Assembly: GCA_964291675.2 (NCBI GenBank)
Contig: OZ219865.1
Location: forward strand, 224,001-288,000
DNA length: 64,000 nucleotides
Source of the DNA: Alphaproteobacteria bacterium
Lineage (GTDB): Bacteria; Pseudomonadota; Alphaproteobacteria; MPNO01
Direction of reading: 5' to 3'
Below are positions 17,746 to 27,934 of the stretch, one piece after another. Position 1 is the stretch's first letter. Each line of letters opens with the position of its first letter. Below the pieces are notes generated by a model that saw nothing but the letters and a program-made list of their open reading frames with translations, was not told the DNA's origin and searched no databases. Position numbers and translations under genes: made by a program.

Positions 17746-20685
17746 TCATGGAGAGGAGTCCCCCCAACCCTCCTGGCCCGGACGCCGATCCGGGCTTTCG
17801 GTCCGCGGCCGGTCCCTGCCGTCCCCGACCGGTGCGGCGTCGGGCACGGCATTCTTCGCGGTCCCGTAAAGCTTGCCGGCGAGCCAGTCGCCGACAACCG
17901 GCAGGTTCTCCGTCGCGTGGCGCTCGAAGGGCTTCTCCGTCTCGACCGCCACCCCGGCGCGGCCTTCGCGGGCGTCCTCCCGCGCGATCCCGGCGCGCGC
18001 CTCGCGCCCGGCCTCCCTCACCGTCATGTCGGCCCGGGTCTCCGCGCGCGCGCCGAGTGCGGCCTCCTCGACCGCACCCGGTTCCGGCGCCCCGGCATCC
18101 CGCGCCCGATCCCTCGCGCCCGCTGACCAGCCCCCGTAAGCCGCCGCGGTCTCTCTTCCGTAAGCTTCGCGTAGCGCGCCCGCCGCACCCTCGTATTCCA
18201 CCGCGCCGCCGACCGTTGAGGGATCGGGGCCGGCGGGGGCGGGGAACTTCTCGGCGATGAAGGCGGCGGCGTGCTCACGCAGGGCCTCGGCGTCCTCCGG
18301 GGTCTGGGGCGAGGCGATGCGCATGGCGCCGGCGGCGCCGATCGCGCGCCCGTCCGTTCCCGGCCGCTCCGAGAGCCAGGCGAAGAAGGGCTGGCCGAGC
18401 TCGCGCTCGATCGCCTGGGCGTCCGCGCGCACCCGCGCGGCCTGCTCCGACCAGCTCTCCGATTCCTGGCGCGCGAGCGAGGCGCGCTCCTGGAAGGTCC
18501 GCATGCGGGTGAGGTTGGCGCTGAGGCTCTCGTCCAGGCTCGCCGCCTCGCTCTCCCCGGTTGCGGTGGAGTAGCGCCGCGACGCCTCCGAGACGCGCGA
18601 CCAGAGGTCGGTCACCTGGTGGCTCCGGGCATAGTCCTTCACCGCATTCCAGGCGTCGCGCCCGATGGTCTGGCCGCGCCACATGGCCGAACCGTCGGCG
18701 CCGAGCCTGACGACGAAGTCCCAGCCGGCGCCGACCCTCGCCTGGCCGGTCAGCACCGCCATCTGATCCCTCGAGATCCCGGCGGTCTCCGACATCTTGT
18801 CGTAATGCGCCTCCAGCGCCTGGACCTGGGTGCTCTCGCTCTCCGTCACGCCCCGCGCATGCGCCTCCCCGGTCGAGACGTCATGGGAATAGCGCTCGAT
18901 CAGGCCCGTCGCATCGGTGACGGCGGCGTTGCGCGCCTGTCCCGCCTCCGCCGACCAGTGCCGCGAGAGCGACCGCGCCTCCGCGGCGCGGGTCTCGTGA
19001 GAGGTCGCGAGCGACTCCGACAGTCTGACCCCCGCCGCCGGGATGCGGCTGGTCGCGGCGCCCATGTCGGCGATAGGCGTGCCGTCGCCCGCCACGGTGA
19101 ACGCCGCCCCGGCGGGCGCGTAGCCGGTGTAGCGGTCGGTGTCGACATGGGCCGAGGTGCGGATCTGGCGCCCCTCCAGGGTCGCGAAGCGGTGCGTGTC
19201 GTAACCCGTGTTGGCGAGGCTGAGATTGCCGGTGGTGCCCTCATGCGCGGCGGACGAAGCGGCATCCTGCCCGACCGCGAGGACGGACGTGGCGAGGACC
19301 GTTGCTTTCGAGAGCCCGTAGGCCAGCGCCGCCGCCAGGAACGGCACCGACATCGACAGGTATCCCGACATCACCGCGACATCCGACGCCACGGCCCTGA
19401 TCCCAGCCTGCGCCACCAGCGAGATGCCGATGTCCCCGCCGGGCATCAGCGCGGCGGCCTGCATCCTTTCAGCGGCTTCCCCCATGCTGATCCGGTGCAG
19501 CACCGCGTAGAGCGGCCCCCAGGACTGGAGCCAGACCAGCCCGGTGACGTAGGAGCGGAAGATCGCGCCCCCCGCCGGGGTCAGCATCAGCAGCACCGCC
19601 ATCGGGAACGCCCCGACATAGAGGCACTCGAAGACGATCCGCAGCAGCGGCACCCAGGTCTCGGCCTGCCGCCCTATGGCGCGATAGGCCGAGACCGTCT
19701 GCGCCTCGGCACGGGCTTCCGTGTAGGCCCTGAGCGCCGCCGCGTTGCCAGCCTCCGCCGCCCATTGCTCGCCCGCGTCGTGGACGGCGTTGAGCACCAT
19801 CTGCTGGCGCATGATCTCGCCCGCCGCGCGCGACGCGCCGATCAGGAAGGTATGGGCGGCCGGGAGCGCCGCCAGAAGTTCGGCCCGCGCAAGCGCCTCG
19901 GTGCGCGCGTCCGGGAAGATGCGCCGCCCGAACACGGTGCCGGCGCGCGCAATCTCGGCGTTCCACTGCCCGTTCAGCCGTCCCGCCGCGTCGCGGCAGG
20001 TGACGACCTGGCGGTCGATCGGCGTCGCGCCGGTGCCGGACGCGGCTTGGCGCGTGGCGAACTCCACCATGCGCGCGGGCGAGGCGCCGGCCGAGGGCGA
20101 GCCCGTGGCGGTGACCAGCGACCAGATGTCGGTCGACTCGCGCAGATCGTCCGCCGAGATGTGCCCGAGCAGCAGGGCGTGGAACACGCATTGCCGGGCA
20201 TAGTTGCGGACGTTGCGCGCGAACACCGTGTCGGTGATCTCAAGCCTCGTCGTCTTGGCCGCGAGCCGCGCCCCGAAGATCAGCCCGTGGCGGCGGTACT
20301 GGAGATCGTTGGGCAGCGTAAAGGCCTGCTCGGTGAGGCGCGTCAGCCCGTCGCCGATATTGCTGGTGAGCGAGGCGAAGAGGGCGAGGCCGATGGGCAC
20401 ATTGGCCACCACGGCCGGCGCCAGTGTCGGATCGAGCCGGTCGACCACCCGCACGGTCGCCTTCGGCACGATCATCGCGCCCCAGACCGCGACGAACAGC
20501 AGCATCCACTTCGCGTTGTCCTTCCACGAGCCGCCGAAGGCAGTGCGGAACAGCACCCAGGCAAGCCCCGCGACGCCGGCGAGCTGGGCGAGGGTGATGT
20601 AGGCGCCGCCGCCGGTGATCGCGGCGACCGCGTTCAGGAGATCGACGAGGTAGGTGCCGCCGCCAAGGGTGAAGAGCTCGTACAT
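17746..20685 (-). CDS. traG: F-type mating-pair stabilisation protein
   Basis: MYELFTLGGG...LNAVAA, VANVPIGLA and WLQSWGPLYAVL motifs; follows traH. Confidence 0.93.
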   Translation of the reverse strand: MYELFTLGGGTYLVDLLNAVAAITGGGAYITLAQLAGVAGLAWVLFRTAFGGSWKDNAKWMLLFVAVWGAMIVPKATVRVVDRLDPTLAPAVVANVPIGLALFASLTSNIGDGLTRLTEQAFTLPNDLQYRRHGLIFGARLAAKTTRLEITDTVFARNVRNYARQCVFHALLLGHISADDLRESTDIWSLVTATGSPSAGASPARMVEFATRQAASGTGATPIDRQVVTCRDAAGRLNGQWNAEIARAGTVFGRRIFPDARTEALARAELLAALPAAHTFLIGASRAAGEIMRQQMVLNAVHDAGEQWAAEAGNAAALRAYTEARAEAQTVSAYRAIGRQAETWVPLLRIVFECLYVGAFPMAVLLMLTPAGGAIFRSYVTGLVWLQSWGPLYAVLHRISMGEAAERMQAAALMPGGDIGISLVAQAGIRAVASDVAVMSGYLSMSVPFLAAALAYGLSKATVLATSVLAVGQDAASSAAHEGTTGNLSLANTGYDTHRFATLEGRQIRTSAHVDTDRYTGYAPAGAAFTVAGDGTPIADMGAATSRIPAAGVRLSESLATSHETRAAEARSLSRHWSAEAGQARNAAVTDATGLIERYSHDVSTGEAHARGVTESESTQVQALEAHYDKMSETAGISRDQMAVLTGQARVGAGWDFVVRLGADGSAMWRGQTIGRDAWNAVKDYARSHQVTDLWSRVSEASRRYSTATGESEAASLDESLSANLTRMRTFQERASLARQESESWSEQAARVRADAQAIERELGQPFFAWLSERPGTDGRAIGAAGAMRIASPQTPEDAEALREHAAAFIAEKFPAPAGPDPSTVGGAVEYEGAAGALREAYGRETAAAYGGWSAGARDRARDAGAPEPGAVEEAALGARAETRADMTVREAGREARAGIAREDAREGRAGVAVETEKPFERHATENLPVVGDWLAGKLYGTAKNAVPDAAPVGDGRDRPRTESPDRRPGQEGWGDSSP

Positions 20686-20698
20686 TATATATAGGGAA

Positions 20699-22117
20699 CT
20701 ACCGCGACCCCGCCCCGGCGCCGCCGCGCGCGAAGGCCAATGCCGCACGGAGGTCCGCCGAGAGCGCCCCGGCGAGCTCGGTCTCGATCAGGCGCAGCTT
20801 CTCGACCACGGCGAGCGCGGTGTTGAGGCGCTCAAGCCCCTGGTGGCGGTGCCGGGCGAGTGCGACCCGGTTCGACCTCAACCCCTCGCGCCAGCGCCGC
20901 AACTGCTCGCCGTCGGCGATGTCCAGCGTCCCGGCGCGCTCCTCGACCGTGCGGTGCAGGTCGGTGATCCAGACCTGCATCACGTCGAGCGCCACGGCTT
21001 CCGCCAGCGCGTCCATCTCCTGGTCGATCACCGCGCCCCGGTAGGCCGCCGCCGCGTTGGCCACCCGGTAGACCGGGAGCGTCGTGAGGTTGACCAGCCC
21101 CAGCGCCGGGGCGGGCGGCGCGGTATCGGTGCGGACTGCATCGACCAGGTCGCGCAGCAGTCCCGCGACCCGTTCCCGGAAGCCCCGGTTGGCGGGGATG
21201 GTCACCGTACCGAGCGTCGGATTGAGGCAGAGGTTCGGCGTGTCGCAGCTATAGACCGGCAGCGCGCCGCCGCCCTCCATCAGGGTCTCGGTGACGCGCC
21301 GGTCCAGCGCCAGCGGCTCGAGAATCCGCACCCTGGGGCCGGAGGCGTCGCCGTCCGAGGTCGGCGCCGTCACGATCAATGTACCCGTGACCGCCATGGC
21401 GAACTCCGCCAATTGCGTGTCGCCCGAGAGGAAGGACGACGCCCGGATCGCCTTCCAGGCGTAGTTGACGTTGACCGGTACCTGGTCGGCCATCGGCCCC
21501 GAAGCGGCGGCCAGCGTCGAGTTGCGCTTCCCGTCCGCGCCGCAGCCGTGCTTCGCGGCGGCGTAATCGGAGAAGATGCCCTGGCCGGTGCCGACCGCGG
21601 CGCAGATCGCGGCCGAGGCCCGGTCGTTCTTGGACCAGAGCGCGCCGACCAGCGCCTGGGCGGTCTCGCAGCTGTTCAGGTTCTGGCTGTTGACCCACTG
21701 CGCCAGTGCCCGGAGCTTGGCCATGGTCTCGGCGATCACCGGCGAGATGGTCTCCAATGCGAGTTCGAAGGCGAAGCCGGCGGCGTTCTGCGCCACCGCG
21801 CGGCCGAAGGCGATCAACTGGTCGCTGTTGATGAACGAGAACGCGCCGGCGAAGGCGTCGATGCCGCCGCAGCCGGACCGGAAGGAGGGCAGGTTGACGG
21901 TGGCGATCTGTTCGGAGCGCACCGGCGAGCGGAGATAGAGGTTGCCGAGCGTCCAGTGGCCCGAGGCCTGGCCCTGGAAGGCGGTCGGCCCCGTGGTGTT
22001 GACCGCGGCGCCCTGCCAGAAGCGGCCCATCTCCGAGAGCACGTCGGCACTGGCGGGCGCGGCCAGCGCCAGCAGCAGGGCGGCGCAGATCGCGCCCTTC
22101 TTCAGATCAATAGTCAT
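20699..22117 (-). CDS. traH: F-type pilus assembly protein
   Basis: Signal peptide; SGCGGIDAFAGAFSFIN and NLNSCETAQ motifs. Confidence 0.95.
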   Translation of the reverse strand: MTIDLKKGAICAALLLALAAPASADVLSEMGRFWQGAAVNTTGPTAFQGQASGHWTLGNLYLRSPVRSEQIATVNLPSFRSGCGGIDAFAGAFSFINSDQLIAFGRAVAQNAAGFAFELALETISPVIAETMAKLRALAQWVNSQNLNSCETAQALVGALWSKNDRASAAICAAVGTGQGIFSDYAAAKHGCGADGKRNSTLAAASGPMADQVPVNVNYAWKAIRASSFLSGDTQLAEFAMAVTGTLIVTAPTSDGDASGPRVRILEPLALDRRVTETLMEGGGALPVYSCDTPNLCLNPTLGTVTIPANRGFRERVAGLLRDLVDAVRTDTAPPAPALGLVNLTTLPVYRVANAAAAYRGAVIDQEMDALAEAVALDVMQVWITDLHRTVEERAGTLDIADGEQLRRWREGLRSNRVALARHRHQGLERLNTALAVVEKLRLIETELAGALSADLRAALAFARGGAGAGSR

Positions 22118-22931
22118 TGCCCTGCTCCAGTGCGGTGAGCGCGTAGATGCGTTCGGCCATCTGGTTCTCGGCCAGGACGCCGAAGCCGACCGGCAGGACG
22201 CGTTTCGTTTGGGTGTCGAACAGCACCAGCGCAGGAACCGGTGCGTTGCCGAGGCCGAGCCGGGACGCGCGCCCGTTGTCGGGGACGGCCTCGGGCCAGC
22301 CCTCCAGCGCCTCGCCCGTGAGCGAAACCGCCAGCACGTCGAGGCCGTGGCGCCGGGCGAAGGCGCGCAGCAGCGGGCCGAACACCTTGCATCCCGCGCA
22401 GCCCGCGTGTCCCAGGTAGATCAGCCCGTAGCGCTCGCCGAGGCGGGCGAGGGCTGCGTCGCGCGCCTGCCGGCGTCCGTCGGACCAGACCTGCTTGGCC
22501 AGCGCGCCGACCGGGCGGCGCAGCGTGTAGTCGAGCTCCGGCGTCGCCCAGACCGTGCGCCGGAACGCGTCGGAGAAGACGGCGGCGCGTTGCAGCGTCT
22601 CCTGTTGCAGGCGCAGATAGACGGTCACATTCTCAGAGGTAGGATCGAGGATCGCCTCGGCGCGCGCCTCTTCCAGCGCCTTGCGCATCGCCCCGATGCG
22701 CTCCGACGCGGATTGCGCCGGACCGGAAGAGGGAGGGGGCGGGGCCGTGGCGGGTTCGGCCCGTTCCGGCTCTTCGGCCCGGTCGCAGTAGAAGTGCCAG
22801 CCGAGCGATGCGCCGGAGTCTTCTTCGCCGCACCAGGACCGCCATTCCCCACCGGCCGCGGGCGCCTCCAGGGCCGACCACACGACCGCCGCCGCGACGG
22901 CGCGTTTCACGGCACGCAGCACGGCGCGCAT
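22107..22931 (-). CDS. traF: F-type thioredoxin-like pilus assembly protein
   Basis: GWHFYCD, AILDPT.EN, CAGC and VPALVL motifs. Confidence 0.92.
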   Translation of the reverse strand: MRAVLRAVKRAVAAAVVWSALEAPAAGGEWRSWCGEEDSGASLGWHFYCDRAEEPERAEPATAPPPPSSGPAQSASERIGAMRKALEEARAEAILDPTSENVTVYLRLQQETLQRAAVFSDAFRRTVWATPELDYTLRRPVGALAKQVWSDGRRQARDAALARLGERYGLIYLGHAGCAGCKVFGPLLRAFARRHGLDVLAVSLTGEALEGWPEAVPDNGRASRLGLGNAPVPALVLFDTQTKRVLPVGFGVLAENQMAERIYALTALEQGNDY

Positions 22932-22933
22932 CG

Positions 22934-24085
22934 TCACTGGCCCCGCCGGTAGAACTCGCGGATGCGTGTGCGTATAACCGCGCCCGTGTCGCCCGCGTCG
23001 GGCAGCGAGACCGAAGGCTCGCGGGAGCCGTCCATCAGATCCTCGGTGAACTCCGAGAGGTCGAGGCGGGCGAAGTCGATGCCCTCGATCTCGGCCACGG
23101 TGAGGCCGCGGCAGCTCGACCAGCCGATGCCGAGCTGGGCCCGGCCCTGCTGCTGCAGGATGCGCCCGAGCTTCGAGCCGAACACGCACCAGGCCCGCGA
23201 GCGCCGGATGCAGGCGCCGAAGAAGGCGCGCTTCGAGCAGTAGCGCCCGAGATAGTGGGTGTTGCCGGCGTTGCGCTCCTCCGCCAGCTCGCGCTCCGAG
23301 GCCGAGCAGTTGCCCATACCCACCAGCAGTCCGCTGTTCTTGCAGCAGTTGGCGAGCCCAAACAGCTTGATGTGGCAGGCCCTGCGCTGGCCGGTGAAGA
23401 AGCGCATGTCCTGGCGGTCGAACTCGTCTCCGCCCAGCTCCAGCGCCATGTTGAGCCGGGTCGTCGCGTTCACGAAGCCGGTGTTCGCCTGCGGCTCGAC
23501 GGTCTCGCAGCCGACGCCGACGCAGTAGCTCACGGAGCCGCAGGATCCGCCGTCGTCCGCGTCCCGGAGGTCCGCGCCGCAGGCCGTGGCGCTGCCGGAG
23601 GCGAGGCCGGCCGCGCCATGCGCCGCCGACTGCGGCGAGGCCGCGACGGTCTCCGAGCGCCGAACCATCGGATCGCTCGCCGGCACGTTCGCGGCGGGCC
23701 GCGCGGTCGTGCCCTCGATCACCACGCGTCCGGCCGTGCCGCCCGGGTCGTTCGGATCGGCGAGCCGCGTCCGGCCCTCGTCCTGGAGCCGGCTCGCGCC
23801 GATGCCACGCTGCGGCAGGTTCGTGCCGGCGTAACCGGGAATGTCGGCAGCTTCCGAGGAATCACGCGCAATCGTCCGCGCCGCCTCATTGCCCGCATTG
23901 CCGATGGCGCGCGCCGCCGCCTTGGGGTCTCCTGCCCCCCCGGCTCGGAGGCCGGGGCCGGCTCCCCCCGATCCGGGGTCCGCATGTGCGGCGCCGCCGA
24001 ACACAATCCAGAGAAGAAAGCCGCAAACCGCCGTCATCAGCACCCAGCCGAACATCCGGCTCGCCCGCTCTCTCCGCGCTGTCAT
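22934..24085 (-). CDS. traN: compact mating-pair stabilisation protein
   Basis: Cys-rich C-terminus: NCCK, YCSK, WCVFGSKLGRILQQQGR.QL and CRG......IDF. Confidence 0.88.
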   Translation of the reverse strand: MTARRERASRMFGWVLMTAVCGFLLWIVFGGAAHADPGSGGAGPGLRAGGAGDPKAAARAIGNAGNEAARTIARDSSEAADIPGYAGTNLPQRGIGASRLQDEGRTRLADPNDPGGTAGRVVIEGTTARPAANVPASDPMVRRSETVAASPQSAAHGAAGLASGSATACGADLRDADDGGSCGSVSYCVGVGCETVEPQANTGFVNATTRLNMALELGGDEFDRQDMRFFTGQRRACHIKLFGLANCCKNSGLLVGMGNCSASERELAEERNAGNTHYLGRYCSKRAFFGACIRRSRAWCVFGSKLGRILQQQGRAQLGIGWSSCRGLTVAEIEGIDFARLDLSEFTEDLMDGSREPSVSLPDAGDTGAVIRTRIREFYRRGQ

Positions 24086-24813
24086 GGCTCCCTCCCGAGG
24101 CGTTCCAGATATGCCTTCGCGACGTCGCATCCCGAATCGCCCTCCTCGGCGACCGCCTCCAGCGCTGCGATCAGGCCGATGTTCCCGGCAATGCGATCGT
24201 GCGGCGGTGCGGGATCGTCCGCGCAGCCCCGGCTTTCGCACGGCGGCACGCCGCCCGGCACCACCGCGACGGCGGGCACCCGCTCGACGCCGAACAGCCG
24301 GAACAGGCGCGGGTCGATGGCGATCCCGGCCTCCGCCCCGCCGAGGCGCTCGCCGATCTTCTTCGCGGTCGCGGGCAGCCCGCCGTCACCGACGCCGCGC
24401 AGCACCAGCGGCGCACCCGCCTTCGCGGCCTCGCGCGCCCACTGCCGCCAGCTCGCGGCGGGCACCGACAGGCTCGTGAAGATGAGGACTTCCGCCGTGC
24501 CGGAACGCGGTCCCGAGAGTGCGCCGGCGTGGCGTTCGGCCGGAAGGGGCGCAGTCGAGCCGGGAAGGGTCTGTCGCGCGGTCCCGCCGGCCCGTTCCAG
24601 CGCGCGGTCGAGGATCGAGCGCGTCCAGGCGCCGAGCGACTCCCCGTCATCGCCGCCCGCCTTGCGCAACACGTCCTCAACCAGCCGGGCCGCGTCCGTA
24701 TCCGGGGTCGACGCACGCGGCGACTCCTCTGCCCACGCGGGACCGCAGCATCCCGCGAGACCGAGCGCGGCAGTCAGCAGGAAGGCGATTCGAACGCCAG
24801 TATTCCGGGTCAT
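24082..24813 (-). CDS. trbC: F-type pilus assembly protein
   Basis: LIFTSLSVP, LVLRG and IDPRLFRLFGVERVPA motifs. Confidence 0.9.
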   Translation of the reverse strand: MTRNTGVRIAFLLTAALGLAGCCGPAWAEESPRASTPDTDAARLVEDVLRKAGGDDGESLGAWTRSILDRALERAGGTARQTLPGSTAPLPAERHAGALSGPRSGTAEVLIFTSLSVPAASWRQWAREAAKAGAPLVLRGVGDGGLPATAKKIGERLGGAEAGIAIDPRLFRLFGVERVPAVAVVPGGVPPCESRGCADDPAPPHDRIAGNIGLIAALEAVAEEGDSGCDVAKAYLERLGREP

Positions 24814-24823
24814 TTCAAGGGTC

Positions 24824-25825
24824 TCACAAGATGCAACAGTTCTTTTTCCGCCACAGCAGGTAGCCGAAGTTCTCGCCCGCGACCGGCAGTTCGCGGAGCG
24901 TCTCCCAGAGCACCGTGGAGCGCCCCGTCGGGTTGCAACCGGTGAGGGGATCGACGGCCGGCACCGGCTGGGTCATCTGCCAGCGGTATTGCGATTTCTT
25001 CATCACCGGCATCGGATAGCGCCCGCAGAGCGCGCCCGAGCCCATCGTCCCCCAGGCGAGCCCGGCGCGGTGGAGCCGGTAGAGCAGGCGCTGGGAGGCG
25101 AGCAGCGACGCCTGCACGCCGCCAACATGGGCCGCGACATTGCCGGTCAGCGGGTACATCCCGCCCTGGCAGCCCGCGCACCAGAACAGGGGATCGAGCG
25201 GCAGCCCGGCGGAGGAGGCCGCGCAGTCGGCGGCGCAGGCGGCTTGGGCCGGCAGGTTGGCGAACAGCGCCGCCTCGGGGTTGAGCAGGAAGGTCATCTC
25301 GTCGTCGAGCCAGGCCGGATCGAGCTCCGAGGCCCAGGCGATGTCGAGACCGCCGCCCTCGAGGCAGCCGAGGTCGAGCAACACGCCGATCCAGGACAAG
25401 AGCGGATACATGTAGTAGTGCGCGTGCCAGACCGAGCCCTTAGCGCCGTCGCCGCCGGCCGCGCCAGTGCGCCCGCGCCCGGCCGGCAGGCCCGGGTCGA
25501 TGGTGAGGCCGCCGAGATTGGGGAAACACCAGGGCGCCCGCGTCGCGTCGACCAGCCGGGCCGGCTCCCAGACTCCGAGCGAGAGGCCGATACGGGGAAT
25601 GGGCGAGCCGCAGAGGCAGATCGGCGATCCGGGGTTGGGCGTGTCCAGCACGCCCGAGACACTGCCGATGGTGATCGGCCCGATCGAGATCGGGAACAGG
25701 CACTCCCAGCAGACGTCCGAGATCGGGTTCACGAACCGCCCGGTGCAGCTCTGCGCCGAGGCCGCGCCGGACCACAGCAGGGCCGCCAGGGCGAGCACGG
25801 CCGAGATGGCCAACAGGCGTATCAT
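24824..25825 (-). CDS. traU: F-type conjugation protein
   Basis: CTGRFVNPISDVCWECLFPI, WEPARL, WCAGCQG and LWRKKNCC motifs. Confidence 0.96.
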   Translation of the reverse strand: MIRLLAISAVLALAALLWSGAASAQSCTGRFVNPISDVCWECLFPISIGPITIGSVSGVLDTPNPGSPICLCGSPIPRIGLSLGVWEPARLVDATRAPWCFPNLGGLTIDPGLPAGRGRTGAAGGDGAKGSVWHAHYYMYPLLSWIGVLLDLGCLEGGGLDIAWASELDPAWLDDEMTFLLNPEAALFANLPAQAACAADCAASSAGLPLDPLFWCAGCQGGMYPLTGNVAAHVGGVQASLLASQRLLYRLHRAGLAWGTMGSGALCGRYPMPVMKKSQYRWQMTQPVPAVDPLTGCNPTGRSTVLWETLRELPVAGENFGYLLWRKKNCCIL

Positions 25826-26277
25826 TCCGGTGCGTCCTGCCTGTCGCCGTCTTCGGCTTCCTCCGTTCCCGACGCCCGCGCCTGCCCGGAACCCGATCCG
25901 GGGGCCGATCCGGCATCCTTCGCCCCCGCCGGCCGTCCGCCGCCCAGCATGTTGACCGTGCCCTGCGCGCCGGCGACGACGATCTCGGTGATCGCCCGGT
26001 CGTTCCCTTCCTTGTCGCGGAAGCCGCGCGTCGCGACCCGGCCCTCGACCAGGACCGCATCTCCCTTGCGCAGCATCTTCGCGACCGCCTCGACGGCCGG
26101 GCCGTAGACGACCACCCGGTGCCATTCGGTCGCCTCGGCAGGCCGGCCCTCGCGGTCGGTCCATTTCTCGGTGGTGGCGAGCGAGAAGGTCGCCGCCTTG
26201 CCGCCGTTTTTCAGGTCGCGGATCTCCGGATCGCGCCCGGCATGGCCGAGCAGGGTGGCGCGGTTCATGTTCAGCAT
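25822..26277 (-). CDS. ssb: second SSB, inside the tra operon
   Basis: MNRATLLGHAGRDPE, FSLATTEKW and TEWHRVV motifs; lacks the canonical xPF tail. Confidence 0.92.
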   Translation of the reverse strand: MLNMNRATLLGHAGRDPEIRDLKNGGKAATFSLATTEKWTDREGRPAEATEWHRVVVYGPAVEAVAKMLRKGDAVLVEGRVATRGFRDKEGNDRAITEIVVAGAQGTVNMLGGGRPAGAKDAGSAPGSGSGQARASGTEEAEDGDRQDAPE

Positions 26278-26280
26278 GGG

Positions 26281-26976
26281 TCAGTCCTCCTCTTCAGGCG
26301 TTGTGCCCTCCCGGTCCCCCGAACCCGTCCGGAGCAGGCTCTCGACCGGGATTTCGGTGATGCGCAGCCGCGTGCCGTCCTGCGCGACCAGGCTCGGCGT
26401 CCGGCGCAGGCCGAAACGCGCGGCGAGGCGCCCGCCCTGGTCGAAGAAGAAGGGCCGGCGGTGTTGCCGCATCAGTTCCAGCGGCCGGCCGGCGAGCAGC
26501 ACGATCTTCGCGGGGCGCGCGTGCGCGAGCGCCCAGGCGATTTCGGCCTCGCGCCTGCCGTCGACGAACAGCAGGTCGCGGACGAGCTTCATGCGCGCCA
26601 GCGGGTTCACCCAAGTCCCGGCCGCCGCGATGAGGGCGCCGTCGGCGGCGCGGACGTCGCGCACGACCGCGATGCCAGGATCGAACAGGCGGCTGCGTTC
26701 TTCCGTGGCCGGCGCGACGTCCCCCACCGGGACGGGCTCTTCCAGCTTCCGCCGCGCGCGGTCGCGGGCTTCGCCCTCCAGCCGGGCCAGCGCGCCCGAG
26801 CGCTCCAATTCGACGAGACGCGCCTCGATCTCCGCCAGCAGGTCGGCTTCGGCAATGGCCCAGCTGGCCCCGCGCACGCCGAGGTCCTTCGCGGAGGACG
26901 CGGTGGACATGGCGGCCGGCATCGCGAGCGTGCAAAGCGCGAACGCGGCGAGCCGGAGGGTGAACGCGGGATTCAT
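26281..26976 (-). CDS. traW: F-type pilus assembly protein
   Basis: DLGVRGASWAIAEADLL, GTWVNPL and FFDQGG.L..RFG...TPS motifs. Confidence 0.92.
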   Translation of the reverse strand: MNPAFTLRLAAFALCTLAMPAAMSTASSAKDLGVRGASWAIAEADLLAEIEARLVELERSGALARLEGEARDRARRKLEEPVPVGDVAPATEERSRLFDPGIAVVRDVRAADGALIAAAGTWVNPLARMKLVRDLLFVDGRREAEIAWALAHARPAKIVLLAGRPLELMRQHRRPFFFDQGGRLAARFGLRRTPSLVAQDGTRLRITEIPVESLLRTGSGDREGTTPEEED

Positions 26977-27530
26977 GGCCGCCTCCGGACCTTGGCGGGT
27001 CCCGGCCCGGCGATGTCCTCCGGCCCAACCAGCGGTCCTTCCAGGCCGATCCACGGCAGGTCGGGCAGGGCGACGGCGCGGCCGAGGATGCGGCCGCGCG
27101 GAACCAGCCCGATCTCCGCGTAACGGCTGTCGTGGGAATCCACATGCTCGGCGTGCAGGTAGTAGCGCCCCGGCGGAATCGCGCCGGGCGCGATGGCCGC
27201 GAGCGGCCGCCCGTCCAGCGCATGGGTCTTGGCCCGGCCGGCCGGAACGCCGTCGATGCGCACCGTCCGGTCCGGCCCGACCGCGACCGCCATGCCCGGC
27301 ACGCCGCGAACGGTCTTCAGATACGGAACCTTGCCGGCGATCCCGGGCGGCGGCTCGAACAGCACCCGGTCGCCGATCTCCGGGCCGGCGCCGAACAGCG
27401 GGAAGGCGGCATAGCCCCAGGCTTCGTCGGACCAGCTCGTATTGACGTGCACGCGCGAGACGGCGGCCAGCCAGAGCGCCGCCAGCGCGATCATCGCGGC
27501 AAGGCCGAGGCGGCGCCGCCGTGCGCTCAC
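26973..27530 (-). CDS. S26 family conjugal pilin-processing peptidase (TrhF-like)
   Basis: VNTSWS, YLKTVRGVPG and DSHDSRYAEIGLV motifs. Confidence 0.88.
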   Translation of the reverse strand: MSARRRRLGLAAMIALAALWLAAVSRVHVNTSWSDEAWGYAAFPLFGAGPEIGDRVLFEPPPGIAGKVPYLKTVRGVPGMAVAVGPDRTVRIDGVPAGRAKTHALDGRPLAAIAPGAIPPGRYYLHAEHVDSHDSRYAEIGLVPRGRILGRAVALPDLPWIGLEGPLVGPEDIAGPGPAKVRRRP

Positions 27531-27934
27531 TGTCCGTCTCCCGGCGCCGGCCCGGCCCCCGCGCCCGTCCCCACGGCGAGGATCTCCGCGAGAACCGCTT
27601 CGACCTCGGCCGTCGCGTCGGGCGCCCCGGCGGCGACGGCGCGGGCCGGCAGCAGCACCAGGCGATGCCGTTCGGCCACCCGGTCGAGCGCTGCTTCCAG
27701 CGCGGCGCCCCAGGCCCGCGCATCCTCCGCGGTCCGGCCCTCGGCGGCCGCGCGCGTCGTCCAGGCCGCAGTCATCTCCGCGAGGCGGACCGAGGCGATG
27801 CGCGGAACTTCCGGCACGCCGAACCGCACCGTGGCCGCCGCGACCGCCGCCGCCACCGCGCCCGCGAGCAACAAAGCGCAGACCGGGACCGGCCAGGCCG
27901 GCCCGTTCCGATCCCTGTCAGCCCCGCCCGGCAT
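27527..27934 (-). CDS. trbI: F-type TrbI
   Basis: N-terminal TM; VLLPARAVAAGAPDAT C-terminal motif; expected operon position. Confidence 0.75.
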   Translation of the reverse strand: MPGGADRDRNGPAWPVPVCALLLAGAVAAAVAAATVRFGVPEVPRIASVRLAEMTAAWTTRAAAEGRTAEDARAWGAALEAALDRVAERHRLVLLPARAVAAGAPDATAEVEAVLAEILAVGTGAGAGPAPGDGQ

